Source: Pedosphaera sp. (GTDB lineage: Bacteria > Verrucomicrobiota > Verrucomicrobiia > Limisphaerales > SIBH01). From it: a DNA stretch of 64,000 nucleotides. The translations under genes and the position numbers were made by a program. Where the stretch lies: contig JANOQV010000137.1 of the NCBI GenBank assembly GCA_031414955.1, forward strand, positions 1 to 64,000, given 5' to 3'. Of this stretch, positions 60,029 to 64,000 are shown in pieces (the stretch's first letter is position 1; the number at the start of each line of letters is the position of its first letter). The notes beneath the pieces are model-generated. The model did no database searches and was not told where the DNA came from. It was given only the letters and a program-made list of their open reading frames with translations.

Positions 60029-60418
60029 TTAGCTCCCGCCGCCAAGTCTTGAAACATCTGCCAGCCACCGCTTCGCCAGGGGAGGCATTCCTTTCGCGGC
60101 GCGTCCGGCCTCGATCATTCGCCGAAGCACGACTGCTGGCGGTGCGGAAATCTCCACAAACACACCGCGCCGGATCGCATCCTCCAGGGACTTCACCGCC
60201 GGTCCGCACTTGCATGTCGAGTAGGTGACGGTGGAGGGATGATCCAATTCCTTCCAATCAGCCGGGCCGAGCAAGCAGTCGCGATCCGGCCAGGTGCCGT
60301 CATCGGTGGTGATTCGCACCAGCACCACCTGTCCGCCGTTCGACTGCGGATCGGACAACACCACACAGCGGTGATACGGATACTCCGTGGATTTCAGCGC
60401 CGCGCCGAGTTGAATCAT
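60029..60418 (-). CDS. Putative PemK/MazF-like toxin
   Basis: HRCVVLSDP...VVLVRITT...D..CLL..ADW..L.HPS.V.Y pattern; ATG overlaps the antitoxin stop (ATGA). Confidence 0.55.
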   Translation of the reverse strand: MIQLGAALKSTEYPYHRCVVLSDPQSNGGQVVLVRITTDDGTWPDRDCLLGPADWKELDHPSTVTYSTCKCGPAVKSLEDAIRRGVFVEISAPPAVVLRRMIEAGRAAKGMPPLAKRWLADVSRLGGGS

Positions 60419-60975
60419 GCCGGGGCGAAAATTTCGTCGAGCTGGTTCAGTTCGGCGGCCTCGCGCGAGAGCTTCTGAATGATTTCCGGCGGCTTGCCGA
60501 GCGCCTGCGCGATGCGTTCCACCGCGATGGGTGCGCAACCGCGCGAGAGCGGCGTCCACTCGCCACAATGGGTGTGGCACCATTCCACAAGCTGCCACTC
60601 ATCGCGCCGGCCGTGCTCCTGCCAGAGAGCGTCGATCATCTCGACTTCCGTGTCCGAGAGATGCAGTCGCTCCGGCTTGCGCTCCAGCTTGATGGCATGG
60701 TCGCGCCGGTCGCTCACGCATTGTTCCCAGCGAGTGTCCTGGTCCCCGTCCAGCCGCCCGGAGTTGATCAGGTCCAGCACTTCACTCGTCACCGGGCCAT
60801 TGCGCATCGAGAGGTAATCGCCGCCGACCACGGGGATGCCGCGGCGGTCCAGCGACAGGCGGTCGAGAAGATACAGCAGCTTCACGAGTTTCATGATGTT
60901 GATTTCTCCTCCGGCGCGGTCGAGGAATTCACAGGCAGCCTCAGTCGCTTTGCCGATTTGGAAACGGAAGTTCAT
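60415..60975 (-). CDS. Panacea (SocA/DUF4065) domain antitoxin
   Basis: MKLVKLLYLLDR.SL...G.P..G..Y.SM.NGPV.S, LSDTE, QLVEWCH..C.EW; own promoter TTGAAC-N17-TATGGT. Confidence 0.85.
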   Translation of the reverse strand: MNFRFQIGKATEAACEFLDRAGGEINIMKLVKLLYLLDRLSLDRRGIPVVGGDYLSMRNGPVTSEVLDLINSGRLDGDQDTRWEQCVSDRRDHAIKLERKPERLHLSDTEVEMIDALWQEHGRRDEWQLVEWCHTHCGEWTPLSRGCAPIAVERIAQALGKPPEIIQKLSREAAELNQLDEIFAPA

Positions 60976-61098
60976 TGGTGGAAACCATATCGGCAGAAGA
61001 ATTCTTGTTCAACCATGCAAATCCCGCCTGAGCGGAGCAATTCCTTCATCTCGCGTGGGCGCGTCGCCCGGGACGGAAACACGTCGGCCCAGCGGCCC

Positions 61099-61186
61099 CC
61101 AAATTTCCTGTCCCGCCGAGTCGAGATGGCCAGCGTGGGAGGGCCGTGCCAGTCAGTGGGCGGCCCGGTCGAACGGGCGGGCGTGA
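61099..61186 (+). repeat. Dispersed structured repeat, copy 4 (core only)
   Basis: CCAAATTTCCTGTCCCGCCGAGTCGAGATGGCCAGCGTGGGAGGGCCGTGCC...CGGCCCGGTCGAACGGGCGGGCGTGA. Confidence 0.88.
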
Positions 61187-61256
61187 GCGGGCAGCGGTAG
61201 GGATAAACGACCGTCCTTGCATTCGCGGCCCATTTGCTCGGGAGATGAAAAAGCCA

Positions 61257-61292
61257 CCTCACCCCGGCCCTCTCCCCCAGCGGAGAGGGAGG
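61257..61292. repeat. Short palindrome CCTCACCCCGGCCCTCTCC...GGAGAGGGAG
   Basis: CCCTCTCC / GGAGAGGG stem read directly. Confidence 0.7.
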
Positions 61293-61352
61293 AGCTGAGG
61301 CGCGGTGGGACCGGGAATTGCATTCGCCCGAGCGCGGTGGCATTTTCGCGGC

Positions 61353-61559
61353 ATGAGCATGGCCGAACTGATGCGGGAAATTGCCGGACTGTCGTCCAAG
61401 CGGCAGAATGAACTGGCCGCGTTCCTCCTCCATCTGCGGCTGCGACACGACCCGGCGTGGCGGTCCGAAATGACGCGCCGCATTGATGATCGCAACCCGA
61501 AGAACTGGGTGCACCTGGAAGACCTGGAGAAATCCCTCCCGAAAAGGAAAGCGAAGTGA
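61353..61559 (+). CDS. Putative antitoxin (68 aa)
   Basis: MSMAELMREIAGLS..RQNELAAFL...WVHLEDLEK; promoter TTGCAT-N17-CATTTT 6 nt before the ATG; GTGA overlap with the next gene. Confidence 0.7.
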   Translation: MSMAELMREIAGLSSKRQNELAAFLLHLRLRHDPAWRSEMTRRIDDRNPKNWVHLEDLEKSLPKRKAK

Positions 61560-61813
61560 TCGTGTATTCGGTTTATGTGGAATCCCACATTGCTGAATCA
61601 TTCCCACGGATGAAAGCCCAGGACCGAAATATCCTGCTCCGTTTGATGAAGACACTGCGCACGAATCCTTTTCTGGAGGGAGACTATACCGAGCGCGATG
61701 ACATCGGACGGCTCATGCAAGTCGTGGTCGCCGGGAAACACGCGGTCGTGTTTTGGGCCGATCACGCTGCCAAAGAGGTGAAGGTTTTGGATTTGAGGCC
61801 CGCCGGTCGCTGA
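61556..61813 (+). CDS. RelE/ParE-like toxin (85 aa)
   Basis: YSVYV...AES F..M...DR..L...M..LRTNP...GD...VVAGKHAVVFWADH..KEVKVLDL, a RelE-like secondary-structure pattern. Confidence 0.65.
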   Translation: MIVYSVYVESHIAESFPRMKAQDRNILLRLMKTLRTNPFLEGDYTERDDIGRLMQVVVAGKHAVVFWADHAAKEVKVLDLRPAGR

Positions 61814-61879
61814 CTGAACCAAGTTTTCCGGGGCCCAAGTCGCGGCCGTTGGAAGGAGCATGGAAAGTTGTTTCCCAGA

Positions 61880-62066
61880 ACCGAAACGGGGTCGGTCAAC
61901 GGTGTTGGCAGATTCTTTCGCGAGGGCGCGCTTTATCGCACTTCCAAAATCTCCCGTCCCGCCGAGTCAGGATGACCAGCGTGGGAGGGCCGTTCCCGTC
62001 CGTGGACGGCCCGGTCGAACGGGCGGGCGTGGTGAATTGCGTCGAGCGCGCGGGTGAATCTGGCCG
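61880..62066 (+). repeat. Dispersed structured repeat, copy 5
   Basis: ACCGAAACGGGGTCGGTCAACGGTGTTGGCAGATTCTTTCGCGAGG...TCCCGCCGAGTCAGGATGACCAGCGTGGGAGGGCCGTTCC...GAATCTGGCC. Confidence 0.9.
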
Positions 62067-62094
62067 GCGCAAACGGTAGGGTGCGTCGCTCCGT

Positions 62095-62583
62095 GCGCGC
62101 CGGCTCGCCGAGCGCAACGTACGCTTCATCCAGCTTTATCATCCCGGCTGGGATCATCACGGCGGACTGCCCGCCGGCATCCGGCGCCAGGCCGAGGACG
62201 TGGATCGCGCCGGCTCTGCGTTGATCACGGATTTGAAACAGCGCGGCCTGCTCGACGACACGCTGGTGGTGTGGGGCGGCGAATTCGGCCGCACCAATTA
62301 TTCGCAGGGCAAGCTCACTGCCACAGACTACGGGCGCGATCATCATCCCCGCTGCTTCACCCTCTGGATGTGCGGCGGCGGCGTGAAGCGCGGCGTCATT
62401 TACGGCGCGACCGATGACTACGGCTACAACGTGACCGAGAACCCGGTGGACGTTCACGACCTGCACGCCACGCTCCTGCACCTGCTCGGCCTCGACCACG
62501 AACGGCTGACCTACAAGTTCCAAGGCCGCTACTACCGGCTCACGGATGTGAGTGGGAAGGTGGTGAAGGATGTTCTTGCCTAA
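62095..62583 (+). pseudogene. 5'-truncated second copy of the DUF1501 3' end (duplicate of 57182-57670)
   Basis: 489 bp, colinear with no indels; about 27 substitutions by manual count; begins mid-gene ([11 protein letters not shown]). Confidence 0.9.
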
Positions 62584-62623
62584 GAACCGGCGCGCAACGT
62601 ACGAGCGTGTGAAGCCAACCTCG

Positions 62624-64000
62624 CTATGGCTGCAAATGCAACCGGAAGAACCCCGCGCTTTCCAATGGAACCTCGGCGCTCACGGTTTCGTCTGGCTCGA
62701 TTTGAGTGGTGGTCTGAACCGGAGTCCAAATCGCCGTAGTTCCGAGTGTCGGCGAGCTTTCAAGCACGAACCCCGAGCGAGGATTGGGAATGTGCAGTTT
62801 TAATTTCTGTCCATCGGTGGTGAGTTGCGGGCGGAATGAGTGCGTGAGTACGACGTCATTGAATGACACCACTGTGGAACCGAGATCCCGGTTGCGCATG
62901 ATTTGGTAGGGCGTCAACGCTCCGTCGTAAACGCGGAACTCGTAAAGGTACCCATGGAAAATCTGGTCGGGCGCGAGACTGTTCCGACCCAGCCAGGTAT
63001 AGGCGCCGGCTCCCGCGGAAAGCGGGGCACTCGTCGGAGTTGTGTCCGCGCGCACACCATTGATGTAAAGTTCAGCCACGCCGAGTGACGGCGAGTGGAC
63101 CCAGGCGAAATGGGTGAGCACATGATTTGGAAACGGCCCCGGCAGGTGCATTTCATAGTGTTGATTGGTGCCGAGTCCCGCCGGTTTGAACGCCGCAGTG
63201 CCGGTCATGGAAAATGCCACGTAGCCGGTAACACCAAACGACTGGCCATGAAAAGCATCGGACACGTAGGGAATCTCAGGTGTAAAAGCACTGAAAAGAT
63301 GTTCGTAGCCGGGATTCACACAATCCACCCATGCTTCGATGGTGCCGTTGGAAAGCCCTTCAAACGGCGAAGAGTACATGACCAGATAGCTGCCCACACC
63401 ATCCAGCAGCACGCGCGTGCCGGTGAACTGGACCGGACTGCCGTAAGGCCGGCTGTAGGGCGGCCCGCCCAACAATTCATACATCTGCCGGCCGTAAGCC
63501 GTGAGACCGCTGATGGAATTCGTCGCGTCGCGCATGCCGGGCACGCCGTTGAACTCCCAGCGATGAACCAGCCGCGGCCAGGCTGCGGCAAAGCCCGGTG
63601 GATTCGTGACCACCAGCGTTTCACTTGTCGTGGCAGACAACAACCGCGCGGTCAGCGTGCTTCTTCCAGCCAGCACCGGGGCCAGGCGTGAGCCGGGAAG
63701 CAGCTTGAGGACGTTCGCATCAGACAAACTCACACTGGTCAGCGAATTCGACGTCACGTCCACATCCGGAACGAGATTGAAGTCAGCGCGGACGGCAAAA
63801 GTTGGTGGCAAATCACGCACGCTGATGTTCGTCGCTGCGGGCGACAACACGATACGGAGTTGCTGTGGCGGCGCGATGGGCACGCTGATATTAGCCAGGA
63901 AGCTGCCGAAGGGGGTGGCATAGACAGCCACCCACGCCTCGCCAAGCCCGGCCAATCTTACTTGATTGCTGCCGGTCAGCGTCAGTTGTCCGGAAGTGCC
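62624..64000 (-). CDS. Secreted LamG/ConA-like domain protein with C-terminal FFR domain (5' end outside window)
   Basis: Frame open to the window edge; LVHRWEF, TIEAWV, THFAWV...LYINGV, FHGYLYEFRVYDGALT; ends FVLESSPTL...W...GFFRL. Confidence 0.82.
   Translation of the reverse strand, partial: GTSGQLTLTGSNQVRLAGLGEAWVAVYATPFGSFLANISVPIAPPQQLRIVLSPAATNISVRDLPPTFAVRADFNLVPDVDVTSNSLTSVSLSDANVLKLLPGSRLAPVLAGRSTLTARLLSATTSETLVVTNPPGFAAAWPRLVHRWEFNGVPGMRDATNSISGLTAYGRQMYELLGGPPYSRPYGSPVQFTGTRVLLDGVGSYLVMYSSPFEGLSNGTIEAWVDCVNPGYEHLFSAFTPEIPYVSDAFHGQSFGVTGYVAFSMTGTAAFKPAGLGTNQHYEMHLPGPFPNHVLTHFAWVHSPSLGVAELYINGVRADTTPTSAPLSAGAGAYTWLGRNSLAPDQIFHGYLYEFRVYDGALTPYQIMRNRDLGSTVVSFNDVVLTHSFRPQLTTDGQKLKLHIPNPRSGFVLESSPTLGTTAIWTPVQTTTQIEPDETVSAEVPLESAGFFRLHLQP

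Noticed and set aside
58442..62066. CRISPR array or classical integron attC array
   Set aside because: Repeats are ~190 bp, diverged and spaced 0.25-1.1 kb apart, with no cas genes. No RYYYAAC/GTTRRRY box pair frames them, cargo is on both strands, and no intI is in the window.
57182..62583. Diversity-generating retroelement TR/VR pair
   Set aside because: Differences are mostly synonymous third-position changes, not adenine-specific, and no reverse transcriptase is present. The four-helix-bundle (Avd-like) gene is more than 40 kb away in another context.
62200..62583. Independent 127-aa gene
   Set aside because: It is an internal part of the truncated DUF1501 duplicate; homology extends upstream of the proposed GTG and no start signals are evident.
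1..64000. rRNA, tRNA or prophage genes
   Set aside because: No such sequences or phage structural/integrase motifs were recognised by eye; a tRNA scan was not possible.

Overview
High-GC bacterial DNA whose gene content (DUF1553/DUF1501 genes, a DUF1559-type prepilin, a PQQ-repeat protein, a sulfatase, secreted Ig-rich proteins ending in an F(Y/F)R motif) points to Verrucomicrobiota or another PVC lineage. The core content is cysN, a ribose-type sugar ABC system with two binding-protein paralogues, an arylsulfatase, a LarA-family racemase, oppD/oppF-type ATPases, deoC, inositol oxygenase, ispD, a DMT transporter and a 4979-aa repetitive surface protein. Four accessory regions stand out. (1) 57.7-62.6 kb: toxin-antitoxin and HEPN cassettes separated by five direct copies of a structured ~190-bp non-coding repeat and bracketed by a 489-bp, mostly synonymously diverged duplication of the DUF1501 3' end, with no recombinase visible. 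(2) 20-30 kb: an island, lower in GC at its distal end, encoding a ~1.9-kaa multidomain secreted protein, a lipoprotein and a Zn-phospholipase C/P1-nuclease-like protein, ending in an IS66 remnant. (3) A FecR-TPR-beta-barrel plus CHASE2 cyclase module whose cyclase lacks the canonical ATP-specifying residues. (4) A four-helix-bundle gene inside the sugar ABC operon, flanked by inverted heptamer repeats. Many genes appear leaderless. No rRNA, tRNA or CRISPR array was seen. All family calls come from motif recognition by eye, not database searches.
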